Translations under genes and position numbers: made by a program | Shown: positions 17,854-27,357 of the stretch, piece after piece | How positions within the stretch are numbered: the stretch's first letter is position 1 | Layout: each line of letters begins with the position of its first letter | Notes under the pieces: generated by a model | Seen by the model: only the letters and a program-made list of their open reading frames with translations | What the model was told of the DNA's origin: nothing | Databases searched by the model: none | Source: Fimbriimonadia bacterium | GTDB taxonomy: Bacteria; Armatimonadota; Fimbriimonadia; Fimbriimonadales; JABRVX01 | Length of the DNA stretch: 46,241 nt | Assembly (NCBI GenBank): GCA_041483895.1 | Contig: JBGPGO010000024.1 | Location: 1 to 46,241 of the forward strand | Direction: 5' to 3'

Positions 17854-20649
17854 ATGTTTTTCAAACCGCAATCCAAAGCGGAATGCAAGCAGGGGCGACG
17901 AAAGTCGTGCCCTCTTTTTGCGTTCCCGGTAACGTTTTTGCAACGAGGCTGGTCTCGGCTGTTGGCGCTGGCCGCACTGGCCCTGCCAGGCGTTGTCCAC
18001 GCCTCCTCGGAGGCCGCGATCAAGTTGGAGTTCTCGCAGGAGGACCACAACTATCTCTACATCTCGCTCGGGTTCGCTTTCCTCTCGATCCTGTTCGGCT
18101 GGTGGCTGGCCAGAAGGGTGCTCAAGCTCAATCCGGGAAGCGACAAGATGCAGGAAGTGCAGGCGGCGATCCGGGAAGGTGCGATGGCCTATCTGCGGCA
18201 GCAGATCGGTACGATGTCGATCATGGTGGTGCTGCTTGGCGCCGGACTTTTCGCCCTCTATCAGGGCAACGAGGCGTATGGCGTCACTGGTGCGCTGTTG
18301 CTGTCCGTCTGCTTCCTTGCCGGCGTCGCGGCCTCCTACATCGCGGGCTACGTGGGCATGGGAATGGCGGTCGCCGGAAACGCGCGGACCGCCCATGCGG
18401 CATTGACCGGCCTAAAGCCCTCGATTGAGACTGCGTTCCAAGCCGGTGCGGTATCCGGCATGTTCACGGTCGGCATGGGACTGCTCGGCGCTACCCTCAT
18501 CTTCCTGTTCGCGGGCGGCAACGCCATGCAGTATTTGATTGGCTTCGGTTTCGGTGGTTCTCTGGCCGCGCTGTTCATGCGTGTCGGAGGAGGAATTTTC
18601 ACCAAGGCGGCGGACGTTGGAGCGGACTTGGTCGGCAAGGTGGAGGCCGGCATTCCCGAAGACGATGCGCGCAACCCGGCGACCATCGCGGACAACGTCG
18701 GTGACAACGTAGGCGACTGCGCAGGTATGGCGGCGGACGTTTTCGAAAGCTACGAGGTCACGCTCGTCGCGGCTATCGTGCTCGGCGCCGCGACGCACAT
18801 TCTGTTCCCCGGCGGCGAATGGATGAAGTTGATCATCTTCGCCCTCATCGCCCGCGGTCTGGGAATTATCGCTTCCGCAGTCGGCATCCTGGGAATGAAG
18901 GGGTCGGACAGCGAATCGATCGATCCGCTGAAGTCAATCTCCAGAGGATTTTGGATTTCGGCCGGCATTGCTCTTGTCCTCACATGGGGCTTCACTTTCT
19001 ACTACATGAAGAACATCAGCGTGACGCTTGCGAACGGCACCGTTGTTCCGGTCGAGCCCTGGCGATTCGCCGCGGCAATCACTTTCGGCATCTTCATGGC
19101 CTTCGCGATCGAGCGGCTGACCGATTACTACGTTTCGACCGAGAGGCGGCCCGTCAAAGAGGTCGCCGCGATCTCCAGCACCGGCCCGGCGCCGATGGTG
19201 ATCCAGGGCTTTGCGTATGGCATGGAATCCAGCGTCTGGTCGGTGTTCACCATCGTCATCGCGCTGCTTGCTCCCCTCTTCATCTTCCCGCCGGGAACGT
19301 ACGGCAGCACGCTGCTCAGCTTTTACGGCATCGCGCTCACCGGCCTCGGTCTGTTGACCACGACAGGATACATTCTCGCGATGGACACCTTCGGGCCGAT
19401 CTCAGACAACGCGCAAGGCGTGTTCGAAATGTCCGGCGCGTCGAAGGACCCCGCCAACGTTCATGCTCACCGAGTGGTGCAGCGGCTCGACGCGGCGGGC
19501 AATACGACGAAGGCTCTCACGAAGGGATTTGCCATCGCGACGGCCGTTGTTGCGGCGACGGCACTCTTCCATAGCTTTGTTGAGGCTGGGCATTTATCGG
19601 GACAAGTGTTCGATCCGAAATCAGTGCTCGCCCAGACCAGCGCCTATCAACCCGGTCCGCAGGAATCAAGCATGGCAGAGCAGATCGCCACGCGGTTTGG
19701 CAAGGACTATACTGGGCCGCAGGTGATACAACTGACCGTAGGCGCGTTGGCGTCCGTAGGGATCGCCAATCCGACTTCTGAGCAGGTCCAAAGGACATTG
19801 CTCTCGGCTTTCACAGCGGACGAAAAGAACTTCGACAGGGTACTGCCCGATACCGCTGCCCAAGTGGCCGGACACGGTAAGCCCCAAACGGGACTTCCCA
19901 TTGACATACCCCAAATCTTCCTTGGCCTGTTGATTGGCGGCGCGGCCCCGTTCCTGTTCGGCGCGTTCGCGATCAACGCGGTCGGGCGAGCGGCCTTCAA
20001 GTTGATTAACGAAGTGAGACGGCAGTTCCGCGCGGATGCGGGGATCATGGCGGGGACATCCAAGCCGGACTACGGGCGCTGCGTCGCTATCGTGACCGCG
20101 GCGGCGCAACAGGAATTGCTTAGCCCCGGAATCCTTGCGATCGCACTTCCTTGTCTTGTCGGGTTCGGACTCGGCTTCGGCGCCCCCACGGTCGAGATTG
20201 GCGGTTCGCAATATGTGCTGACCGGCGCGCAGGCGCTTGGCGGCTACCTCGCCGGGGCAATCCTTTCAGGTCAGCTCCTTGCGGTCCTACTCGCCAACTC
20301 CGGCGGTATTTGGGACAACGCCAAGAAGACCATCGAGGACGGCCTGTACGGCGGTAAGGGGTCGGAGGCGCACAAGGCGGGCATCGTTGTGGACACGATC
20401 GGCGACCCATTCAAGGACACCGCCGGTCCGGCCATGAACCCGCTGATCAAGGTCATGAACCTGGTCAGCCTGTTGCTCGCACCGATCATGATCCAGCCGA
20501 TGTCGGATACGGTTCGCGGAATCATCGTTGGCTCGTGTGTGCTGGCCCTCGTTTTTGCGGTCTACCTGAGCAAGCGCGGGTCGCTGGCCACTGAGCTGGC
20601 TCTGGCGCAGTTGCCGCAGGAAGAGGTTCCGGCAATCGCGTCGCATTAA
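17854..20649 (+). CDS. hppA: Membrane-bound pyrophosphatase, probably K+-independent H+-translocating (start uncertain, may be ~30 codons downstream)
   Basis: GGGIFTKAADVGADLVGKVEAGIPEDD, DNVGDNVGD and GDPFKDTAGP motifs; GNTTKA carries the Lys typical of K+-independent enzymes. Confidence 0.93.
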   Translation: MFFKPQSKAECKQGRRKSCPLFAFPVTFLQRGWSRLLALAALALPGVVHASSEAAIKLEFSQEDHNYLYISLGFAFLSILFGWWLARRVLKLNPGSDKMQEVQAAIREGAMAYLRQQIGTMSIMVVLLGAGLFALYQGNEAYGVTGALLLSVCFLAGVAASYIAGYVGMGMAVAGNARTAHAALTGLKPSIETAFQAGAVSGMFTVGMGLLGATLIFLFAGGNAMQYLIGFGFGGSLAALFMRVGGGIFTKAADVGADLVGKVEAGIPEDDARNPATIADNVGDNVGDCAGMAADVFESYEVTLVAAIVLGAATHILFPGGEWMKLIIFALIARGLGIIASAVGILGMKGSDSESIDPLKSISRGFWISAGIALVLTWGFTFYYMKNISVTLANGTVVPVEPWRFAAAITFGIFMAFAIERLTDYYVSTERRPVKEVAAISSTGPAPMVIQGFAYGMESSVWSVFTIVIALLAPLFIFPPGTYGSTLLSFYGIALTGLGLLTTTGYILAMDTFGPISDNAQGVFEMSGASKDPANVHAHRVVQRLDAAGNTTKALTKGFAIATAVVAATALFHSFVEAGHLSGQVFDPKSVLAQTSAYQPGPQESSMAEQIATRFGKDYTGPQVIQLTVGALASVGIANPTSEQVQRTLLSAFTADEKNFDRVLPDTAAQVAGHGKPQTGLPIDIPQIFLGLLIGGAAPFLFGAFAINAVGRAAFKLINEVRRQFRADAGIMAGTSKPDYGRCVAIVTAAAQQELLSPGILAIALPCLVGFGLGFGAPTVEIGGSQYVLTGAQALGGYLAGAILSGQLLAVLLANSGGIWDNAKKTIEDGLYGGKGSEAHKAGIVVDTIGDPFKDTAGPAMNPLIKVMNLVSLLLAPIMIQPMSDTVRGIIVGSCVLALVFAVYLSKRGSLATELALAQLPQEEVPAIASH

Positions 20650-20662
20650 GTGAAGTTAGGGT

Positions 20663-20890
20663 CCTCCACAGTGCGACTGTGGAGGGATAAATAATACGCT
20701 GATGCGACCGGTCTCCTGACCGCTGATGCGACCGGTTTCCTGACCGAGTCGCAAAGGTGGGGGAAAGATCAGGAGATGCGACCGGTCTCCTGACCGAGTC
20801 GCAAGTCAATTGCAGTTATCCCTTCACAGTCGCATGGTGAAGGGGCGAAGAGTTGAGCTAGTCTCCCTTCACAATCCCCATTGTGAAGGG
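20663..20890. repeat. Intergenic repeat cluster: three REP-A copies plus three GATGCGACCGGTYTCCTGACCG units
   Basis: REP-A at 20663-20686, 20820-20844, 20865-20890; second family at 20701, 20725, 20775. Confidence 0.85.
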
Positions 20891-20903
20891 GAAAGGGATG
20901 CAT

Positions 20904-21770
20904 ATGTCGGTCATCGTCAACGCCAATACCAAGGTCATCGTACAGGGCATCACGGGACGCGAGGGAGAGTTCCACTCCGGCCAGATGATCGAGTACGGAA
21001 CGAAAGTTGTCGGCGGCGTGACCCCCGGCAAGGGTGGCCAGACCCATCTGGGAGTGCCTGTGTTCAACTCCGTGCGCGAGGCGGTAGCAGCGACCGGCGC
21101 GAACGCGACCTGCATCTTCGTCCCCGCTCCGTTTGCCGCCGACGCGGTGTTGGAGGCGGAGGACGCGGGCATCGAGACCATCGTCTGCATCACGGAAGGC
21201 ATCCCCACAACCGACATGGTGCGGGCGTGCGAGCGGATTCGGAAGAACGGAAGGTCGCGGCTGATCGGCGGCAACTGTCCGGGGATCATCACTCCCGGCG
21301 AGTGCAAGATCGGCATCATGCCCGGTCATATCTTCGCCCCCGGACCGGTCGGGATGGTCTCGCGCAGCGGCACCTTAACATACGAGATCGTGTGGGAGCT
21401 GACGCGGGCGAAGCTCGGGCAGACCACTTCGGTCGGCATCGGCGGCGATCCAGTGCTGGGGACGCGATTTATCGATGTGCTGCCGCTGTTCGAAAACGAC
21501 CCCGCGACGAAGGTTGTTGTGATGGTTGGGGAGATCGGCGGGAACGATGAGGAGACGGCGGCGGAATACATCAAAAAGATGACGAAGCCGGTGGTTGGTT
21601 TTATCTCCGGCCGCACCGCGCCGCCCGGCAAACGGATGGGCCACGCCGGGGCGATCATCAGCGGCGGCATGGGCGGGCCGGAGTCGAAGGTGAACGCCCT
21701 GCGCGACGCGGGCGTCGCCGTCGCCGACAGCACGGCGGAGATAGCGGCGCTGGTTGCCTCGCGTTTGTAA
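20904..21770 (+). CDS. sucD: Succinyl-CoA ligase subunit alpha
   Basis: [39 protein letters not shown] and RMGHAGA (phospho-His) motifs. Confidence 0.97.
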   Translation: MSVIVNANTKVIVQGITGREGEFHSGQMIEYGTKVVGGVTPGKGGQTHLGVPVFNSVREAVAATGANATCIFVPAPFAADAVLEAEDAGIETIVCITEGIPTTDMVRACERIRKNGRSRLIGGNCPGIITPGECKIGIMPGHIFAPGPVGMVSRSGTLTYEIVWELTRAKLGQTTSVGIGGDPVLGTRFIDVLPLFENDPATKVVVMVGEIGGNDEETAAEYIKKMTKPVVGFISGRTAPPGKRMGHAGAIISGGMGGPESKVNALRDAGVAVADSTAEIAALVASRL

Positions 21771-21797
21771 GCAGGGATTCTGCCATCGAAGGAGAAC

Positions 21798-22214
21798 TTG
21801 GATGGCGTGGCGGATGTAACGCAATTCAAGGTCTGCCCAGCGTGCGGAAAACGGCATTTGGAGAACCAGTGCTTCTGCCCATGGTGCGGTCACTCCTACC
21901 AACCGCCCCACTCCTATCCTTCAGCGCAACCTCCCCAGCAATATCAGCAACCGATTCCGCCGCCATACTTCCAGCAGGCGGCGGCCCCGGACGGCCAGGT
22001 CTATGGAGGCGTGTCCATTATCCTTGGCGCCGTTTCGTTTTGCCTTTGTCGTTTAATCCTCGGTACCGGCGGTATCGCCTTTGGAATTGCCGCGATTGCC
22101 AAGCGGTCGAGCACATTGGGCTTCATTGGAATCATTGTCAGTGCGTTAGGGATGATATTCGGCGTGCTTTTCGCTCTCGCCTTAAGCTCATCAGGCGGAC
22201 CGCGCTTTCGCTGA
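21798..22214 (+). CDS. Zinc-ribbon, Pro/Gln-rich membrane protein (DUF4190-like)
   Basis: CPACG...CPWCG, PQ-rich linker, two C-terminal TM segments; AAGGAG SD. Confidence 0.75.
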   Translation: MDGVADVTQFKVCPACGKRHLENQCFCPWCGHSYQPPHSYPSAQPPQQYQQPIPPPYFQQAAAPDGQVYGGVSIILGAVSFCLCRLILGTGGIAFGIAAIAKRSSTLGFIGIIVSALGMIFGVLFALALSSSGGPRFR

Positions 22215-22238
22215 ACTCCATGGTAAGATAAATGGGTA

Positions 22239-22328
22239 GAAGGTGAACGCATTGCGGGGAGCCAACGTCGCCGTCGCCGACAGCACGGCAGAGATCGCCG
22301 GGCTGGTTGCCGCGCGCTTGTAAGCAGG
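22239..22328 (+). pseudogene. Diverged duplicate of the sucD 3' end (last 27 codons plus stop)
   Basis: Gap-free 90-bp alignment to 21686-21775; encodes [27 protein letters not shown] versus [27 protein letters not shown]. Confidence 0.9.
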
Positions 22329-22361
22329 AATGTCGCCTACAATTCGGAATTCTGCATTACC

Positions 22362-22907
22362 ATGACAGAAGAGCCGGTAATGAAGGTCTGTCCCCAGTGC
22401 GGCGATCGCCACTCTATCGATCGTCCGTCTTGTCCATCATGCGGATATGACTATTCACTGCTTGCCACTGCTGCCGACTCTCGCCCAAAACATACGGAAC
22501 CGGCAGCAGAAACGCTGTTCCTTGGGGATCAATTTTTCGGACTGTTTATGGCGTTCGCCGCCGCGACGGCGGTCGTGACCAGCCTCTTCGCAGGCATCCT
22601 AGCTCAACGAACAATTTCTATGTTCCAAGGCATGCCGATGGCGCAAACTTCATTGGGCCCTTTCTTTTGGTTCGCATTCCTTTACTCGCTGCTGCTAATT
22701 ACCGCGATCGGCATTCTTCGATCGCGGAGTTGGGCGTTTTGGGCCGGCATCGCATGGGGAATTCTCGTCATTGTCATCTCTTTCGTCATCGCTTCGGACA
22801 TAACCGGTAACGCAAATAGCTCCCTTCTCGCGAGCGCACTGGGTTCCGTGATGATCGTCTATTCGGCGGTCCGTATGCGCGGGTTTTTGGGGCCGAAACC
22901 CAACTGA
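22362..22907 (+). CDS. Zinc-ribbon membrane protein
   Basis: KVCPQCG...CPSCG followed by about four TM helices. Confidence 0.75.
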   Translation: MTEEPVMKVCPQCGDRHSIDRPSCPSCGYDYSLLATAADSRPKHTEPAAETLFLGDQFFGLFMAFAAATAVVTSLFAGILAQRTISMFQGMPMAQTSLGPFFWFAFLYSLLLITAIGILRSRSWAFWAGIAWGILVIVISFVIASDITGNANSSLLASALGSVMIVYSAVRMRGFLGPKPN

Positions 22908-22960
22908 ACTCGTTCCGTGGTAAGATTAAAGCCTAGTTTTCTTCGGAGGAAATCCACGCC

Positions 22961-24139
22961 GTGAAGAACCCGATCCCGGAAGGCATGCTCTATCTCGACA
23001 ACGCCGCGACGACGCCGATCGCGCCCGAAGTGTTGGACGCGATGATGCCCTACCTCACCGAAAAGTTCGGCAACCCCGCCACCCTCTACTCGCTCGGCGG
23101 CGAGGCCCGGCAGGCACTGGAAAATGCCCGCGAGCAGGTGGCCGCGCTCATCGACGCGCAGGACCCTTCCGAGGTGGTGTTCAATTCCGGCGGCAGCGAA
23201 TCGGACAACTGGGCGATTCGGGGCGTCATGGAGCTTGCCCCGCCCGAAGCGCGGCTGGCCTGTTCCGCTTTCGAGCATCACGCGGTGCTGGATACCTGCC
23301 AAGCCGTCGGACGGGGAAGGGAAGTTCTCATCGACGTGGACAGCGATGGGATCGTGCGGCCGGACGTTCTTCGAAAAGGCCTGCCGACCAACATCGCCCT
23401 CGTCAGCATCATGCACTCCAACAACGAAATCGGCACAATCCAGCCGATCAAGGAACTTTGTGAAATCGCGCACGAAGCGGGCGCTCTTTTCCACACCGAC
23501 GCCGTCCAATCGGTCGGCAAAATCCCCTTTTCCGTTCGCCAACTCGGCGTCGATCTGGCTTCCATGTCCGGCCACAAGCTGAACGGACCAAAGGGAATCG
23601 GCGCGATGTATATAAGAAAAGGGACCAAAATCGCCCATTATCAGACCGGTGGCGGACAGGAACAGGGCCGGCGCGGAGGCACTGTGAACGTCGCCGGAGC
23701 GGTTGGGTTTGGCAAGGCCGCCGAGATTGCCAAACGCGATCTGGAGTCGGAAATGGCCCGCATCACCGCCATACGGGACCGGATCATCGACCGCGTTCTG
23801 GCCGAAATCCCCGACAGCCGCCTCAATGGCAGCCGAACGAACCGCCTCCCCCAAAACGCTCACTTCAGCTTCAAGGGGACGGAGGGCGAATCCATCCTGC
23901 TGAACCTGGACATGATGGGAATCTGTTGCAGCGCGGGGGCCGCCTGCTCCAGCGGCGAGGTGCACATGTCCCACGTTTTGCGCGCTTTGGGACTGTCACC
24001 AGAGTGGGGGCATGGGTCGCTCCGGGTCTCCTTCGGCAGATATACCAACGAGTCGGATATCGATCGCTTTGTAACCTCCCTATCTTCCTCAGTCGAGCAG
24101 GTCCGCCGCCTCATGATTGTTCCAAATGTCACAAACTAG
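22961..24139 (+). CDS. iscS: Cysteine desulfurase (group I, IscS/NifS family)
   Basis: YLDNAATTP, GNP, DAVQ, SGHKLNGPKG (PLP Lys) and SAGAACSSG (catalytic Cys). Confidence 0.93.
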   Translation: MKNPIPEGMLYLDNAATTPIAPEVLDAMMPYLTEKFGNPATLYSLGGEARQALENAREQVAALIDAQDPSEVVFNSGGSESDNWAIRGVMELAPPEARLACSAFEHHAVLDTCQAVGRGREVLIDVDSDGIVRPDVLRKGLPTNIALVSIMHSNNEIGTIQPIKELCEIAHEAGALFHTDAVQSVGKIPFSVRQLGVDLASMSGHKLNGPKGIGAMYIRKGTKIAHYQTGGGQEQGRRGGTVNVAGAVGFGKAAEIAKRDLESEMARITAIRDRIIDRVLAEIPDSRLNGSRTNRLPQNAHFSFKGTEGESILLNLDMMGICCSAGAACSSGEVHMSHVLRALGLSPEWGHGSLRVSFGRYTNESDIDRFVTSLSSSVEQVRRLMIVPNVTN

Positions 24140-24302
24140 GGCACTATTCCCCTGGTAATTAACATTCTTCGAACCATTTGCTATAGTTCTTCGTACTATA
24201 CGTAGGGTTCGCGGAGTGAGTAAATAGGTACCAAAGTCCAGTATTTTGTCGGAAACTGTGAAAAAGTGCCGCATTTCCGTCGATTTGGCAGGTCTGGTAG
24301 GG

Positions 24303-24331
24303 TTGACAGGCGGGGCTGCATATGTTATCTT
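24303..24331 (+). promoter_or_regulatory. Sigma70-type promoter of the sigma factor gene
   Basis: TTGACA-17 nt-TATCTT with an extended TG. Confidence 0.6.
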
Positions 24332-24504
24332 GTTATGTGCTCTGCAAAAATTGCGTGAGCCTTTGGCAAATGGATCGATCTTTTTGCCGGCCATGCTGGG
24401 GGAAGGGTAGTCCGCGCATGGTCGTTTTTTGTTGTTGCACGGTCAGGTTTCGCGAGGAGGATCAACACGGCGTCGGGAGTGGCCCCGTGTGAGGAGGTCA
24501 GAAA

Positions 24505-25596
24505 GTGCCGATTGATGAGACATTAGAACAAGTACGAGAAGCTTTGCGGGGGCAGGTAGCGCATGACTTCGGCTCGAGGGATGCGCTGGTCGAGTTTTTG
24601 GTCCAGGTCGCGCCGGAAGAGGAACAGAACGAGGATGCGACTGAGGAGGATCTGGCCGCTCTTGAGGAGCAGGAGGCCGATTACGGGACCAACGTCCTCA
24701 CCATGCCCAAGATCGAGGTTAAATCGACCGCGAAGGTGAAAACCACAACGGGCGCCGACGATACGGAGGAGCTCGAGATGTGGATGCGCCAGACGCGCCG
24801 CGCTCAGCTTTTGACGCCCGAGCAGGAGGTCGATCTTGCCCGACGCGTGCAAGCCAATGACCAGTCCGCCAAGAATATGCTGATCGAGTCCAACTTGCGG
24901 CTCGTGGTCAGCATCGCGAAGAAGTACAACGCCCGCGGCATCCCGCTCGCCGACCTGATTCAGGAAGGCAACCTGGGACTGATCCGCGCCGTTGAGAAAT
25001 TCGACTGGCGGAAGGGCTTCCGGTTCAGCACCTACGCGACCTGGTGGATCCGCCGTGCCATCGCCCGCGCGATCATCAACCAGGGCCGGACGATCCGAAT
25101 TCCGGTCTACGTCGCGGAGTTGATCAATAAGGTCGTGAAGACCGCGAACCGGCTGCAGCAGGATCTGCATCGCGAGGCGACGGAAGAGGAGATCGCGCGA
25201 GAGGTGGGTCTGTCCGCCGAGAGGGTGCGCGAGATGCTCCGGGTGGCCATCGAGCCGCTGAGTCTCGAGACGCCGGTCGGCGAGAAGGACAACAGCTCGC
25301 TGGGAGACTTCATCCAGTCGACTAACATGCCGACGCCGGGCGACGTGACGCAGAAGCTGATTCGGCGGGAGGAGATCGACGCGATCTTGCGCCGGTTGAC
25401 CCCGCGGGAGCGCGAGGTCGTGCGGCTGCGCTTCGGGATCAACGACGGCCGATCCCGGACCTTGGAAGAGGTCGGGTATGAGTTGAAGGTGACCCGCGAG
25501 CGCGTGCGGCAGATCGAGCTTCGGGCGATGAAGAAATTGCGGAGCCTGGGCCAGGAGTTCCAGCATCTGGAGAAACTGCTCGTCAGCGCGAACTAG
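24505..25596 (+). CDS. RpoD/SigA-family RNA polymerase sigma factor (likely group 2/alternative)
   Basis: [50 protein letters not shown], and region 4.2 [17 protein letters not shown]. Confidence 0.93.
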   Translation: MPIDETLEQVREALRGQVAHDFGSRDALVEFLVQVAPEEEQNEDATEEDLAALEEQEADYGTNVLTMPKIEVKSTAKVKTTTGADDTEELEMWMRQTRRAQLLTPEQEVDLARRVQANDQSAKNMLIESNLRLVVSIAKKYNARGIPLADLIQEGNLGLIRAVEKFDWRKGFRFSTYATWWIRRAIARAIINQGRTIRIPVYVAELINKVVKTANRLQQDLHREATEEEIAREVGLSAERVREMLRVAIEPLSLETPVGEKDNSSLGDFIQSTNMPTPGDVTQKLIRREEIDAILRRLTPREREVVRLRFGINDGRSRTLEEVGYELKVTRERVRQIELRAMKKLRSLGQEFQHLEKLLVSAN

Positions 25597-25602
25597 TCTG
25601 GT

Positions 25603-25679
25603 CCCCTTCACAGTGCGACTGTGAAGGGATACCACGACGACGTAACGACCATCCCTTCACAGTCGCACTGTGAAGGGAT
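25603..25679. repeat. Inverted pair of REP-A palindromes (REPIN-like)
   Basis: ccccttcacagtgcgactgtgaaggg (25603-25628) and atcccttcacagtcgcactgtgaagggat (25651-25679). Confidence 0.88.
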
Positions 25680-25681
25680 TC

Positions 25682-27142
25682 TTATTTAGGCTTCCATTTG
25701 GCGACGAAGTGACAGGAAAATCCATCGCTGCGGTCGGGAGTTACTTCGAAAGTGTACGAGCGGAAGTCGCCTTGCTCCTCAACCTTCCCGGCTCCGAGCT
25801 TCCCGTAGTCGCGAGCAATCCCGCTCGCCGGCAGAGCCGCTGACCAGTCAACCTTCTCTTGCGCTAACCGAGTCAAGATCGATCGAACCCCTGGCTCGGT
25901 CAACCAGACTCCCGCAGCGAAACCGATCAACAGATTCAGCTCCCGATTCAAGTAAATGACTGTTTTGTTGAGCTTGTCCCCGATCTCCACGAGGTCTTTG
26001 AGGGAATAGCTATTCATCTGCTGCAACTGCGTCCGCAAATCCGATGGCACCAGTGACAGCTCGAAATCCAACCATTCGTCCGGGCGATAGCAGGTGAATC
26101 CGGAAACTTCGCGGCGAATCAACTGCAGGTCACCGAACACTCGACCGTTCTGAGCTGTGCGCAAAAAGGTCATCTGGTTGTCGAAGCGCTCGGCTCCAAT
26201 GAGGTCGTACCAGTCTACAAGCGCGGGCCGCGACTCTTTCACAGCCTGTTCGAAAAGATCGGATACCTGTTTCGTAAACTCGATATTCGGAACGGCGGTC
26301 CATTTCTGATTGCGCGCCGCGATTCGGGCCTTCGCGTCCTCCTGCATCTCCGCCTGTAGGCCTTCCGTGCCGTTTGCCCCCAATTGGATGAACGCCAATA
26401 CCAGCCCGTCCGCCGAACCGACTCGAAGATTCAACGTTGTGCCGGCGATCAGTTCGAGAGTGACATGGCTGAGATCGCTCCCATAGCCGTCTTTGTGCCA
26501 AAAGTGGGCCAGGTCCTTGATCCCGGATGCGATGCCGGCGATTTCTCCGCCGGTTAGCGTGACGACTTTCTTCGACCCATCCACCCAAGGCGCTTTGTCA
26601 AGCCGCGCGATCGCGCCGGGAATCCCATCGAGAACCCCCAACTCCGCCTTGATCATGCCTTTTGTGACCTCAAATCGGTCCTCGTCATTCAATCGATCGC
26701 TGGGAGTATTCAGAAGGGAGTGAAAATTGCCCGCCCGCTGCATGACGAGGCGAGCCAGCTTGTCCAACGCAACATCGGAGTTGCCTGGCAATCGCTTCTT
26801 GTTGTCCGGTTCCAGACGCCGAACGATATACTTATCGCCAGTTTCCTTGTCGCGCCTTTCGCTTTCCTCCCACTTTGCTCCGAGCGTTTCCGCGAGCGCA
26901 TCCTTCAGCGCGGCCACCGATTTTACGGAGCGATCGGGGAGATTGATCGATAGGACGTGCGCTTCAAGCGGATATCCGGCCTCGTACCTGACATCTTTCG
27001 TGCTGAGGCTTGTGAGGACGTTGCTGAGGCACGCCCCACGCCACAGTGTTGCATCGGTGGACATGGGCGAATGCGCCACAGTGCTGTGGGCCAGCCCGAA
27101 AATGGCGATTAAGACCTGGACAAGCTTCGCCGTTCGCATCAT
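25682..27142 (-). CDS. Hypothetical exported protein
   Basis: 486-aa ORF with signal-like N-terminus and GAGG SD; no recognised motif. Confidence 0.7.
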   Translation of the reverse strand: MMRTAKLVQVLIAIFGLAHSTVAHSPMSTDATLWRGACLSNVLTSLSTKDVRYEAGYPLEAHVLSINLPDRSVKSVAALKDALAETLGAKWEESERRDKETGDKYIVRRLEPDNKKRLPGNSDVALDKLARLVMQRAGNFHSLLNTPSDRLNDEDRFEVTKGMIKAELGVLDGIPGAIARLDKAPWVDGSKKVVTLTGGEIAGIASGIKDLAHFWHKDGYGSDLSHVTLELIAGTTLNLRVGSADGLVLAFIQLGANGTEGLQAEMQEDAKARIAARNQKWTAVPNIEFTKQVSDLFEQAVKESRPALVDWYDLIGAERFDNQMTFLRTAQNGRVFGDLQLIRREVSGFTCYRPDEWLDFELSLVPSDLRTQLQQMNSYSLKDLVEIGDKLNKTVIYLNRELNLLIGFAAGVWLTEPGVRSILTRLAQEKVDWSAALPASGIARDYGKLGAGKVEEQGDFRSYTFEVTPDRSDGFSCHFVAKWKPK

Positions 27143-27321
27143 CTACCTCGCTTCTCTTCCCGTGATATTACACTAGGCGAGAAAATTCGTTGCGTGTGTC
27201 GAGTCATTATTTTCAATGACATGCCGGCTATTGCTCCGGATGCATCCGTCTGAAGGCTGCAGACTGCAACTCTAGGAGATATCTCTTCTCAGTCGCACTT
27301 TGAAGGGATTTTCGATTCCGC

Positions 27322-27350
27322 TTGACAAGAATTGTGAAGTCGCTTATAAT
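27322..27350 (+). promoter_or_regulatory. Perfect consensus sigma70 promoter, likely giving a leaderless mRNA
   Basis: TTGACA (27322-27327), 17 nt, TATAAT (27345-27350), then 7 nt to the in-frame ATG at 27358 with no SD. Confidence 0.85.
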
Positions 27351-27357
27351 GACTGGC

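Noticed and set aside
20697..20890. Possible CRISPR array
   Set aside because: Repeats are adjacent or irregularly spaced, there are no uniform unique spacers, and no cas genes are present.
24523..25635. Long antisense ORFs (e.g. 24523..25635, 22859..23974, 12418..13263, 5128..6012)
   Set aside because: Shadow frames opposite well-supported genes in GC-rich DNA.
27322..27357. TTG start at 27322
   Set aside because: The TTG is part of the -35 box of a consensus promoter; ATG 27358 fits better.
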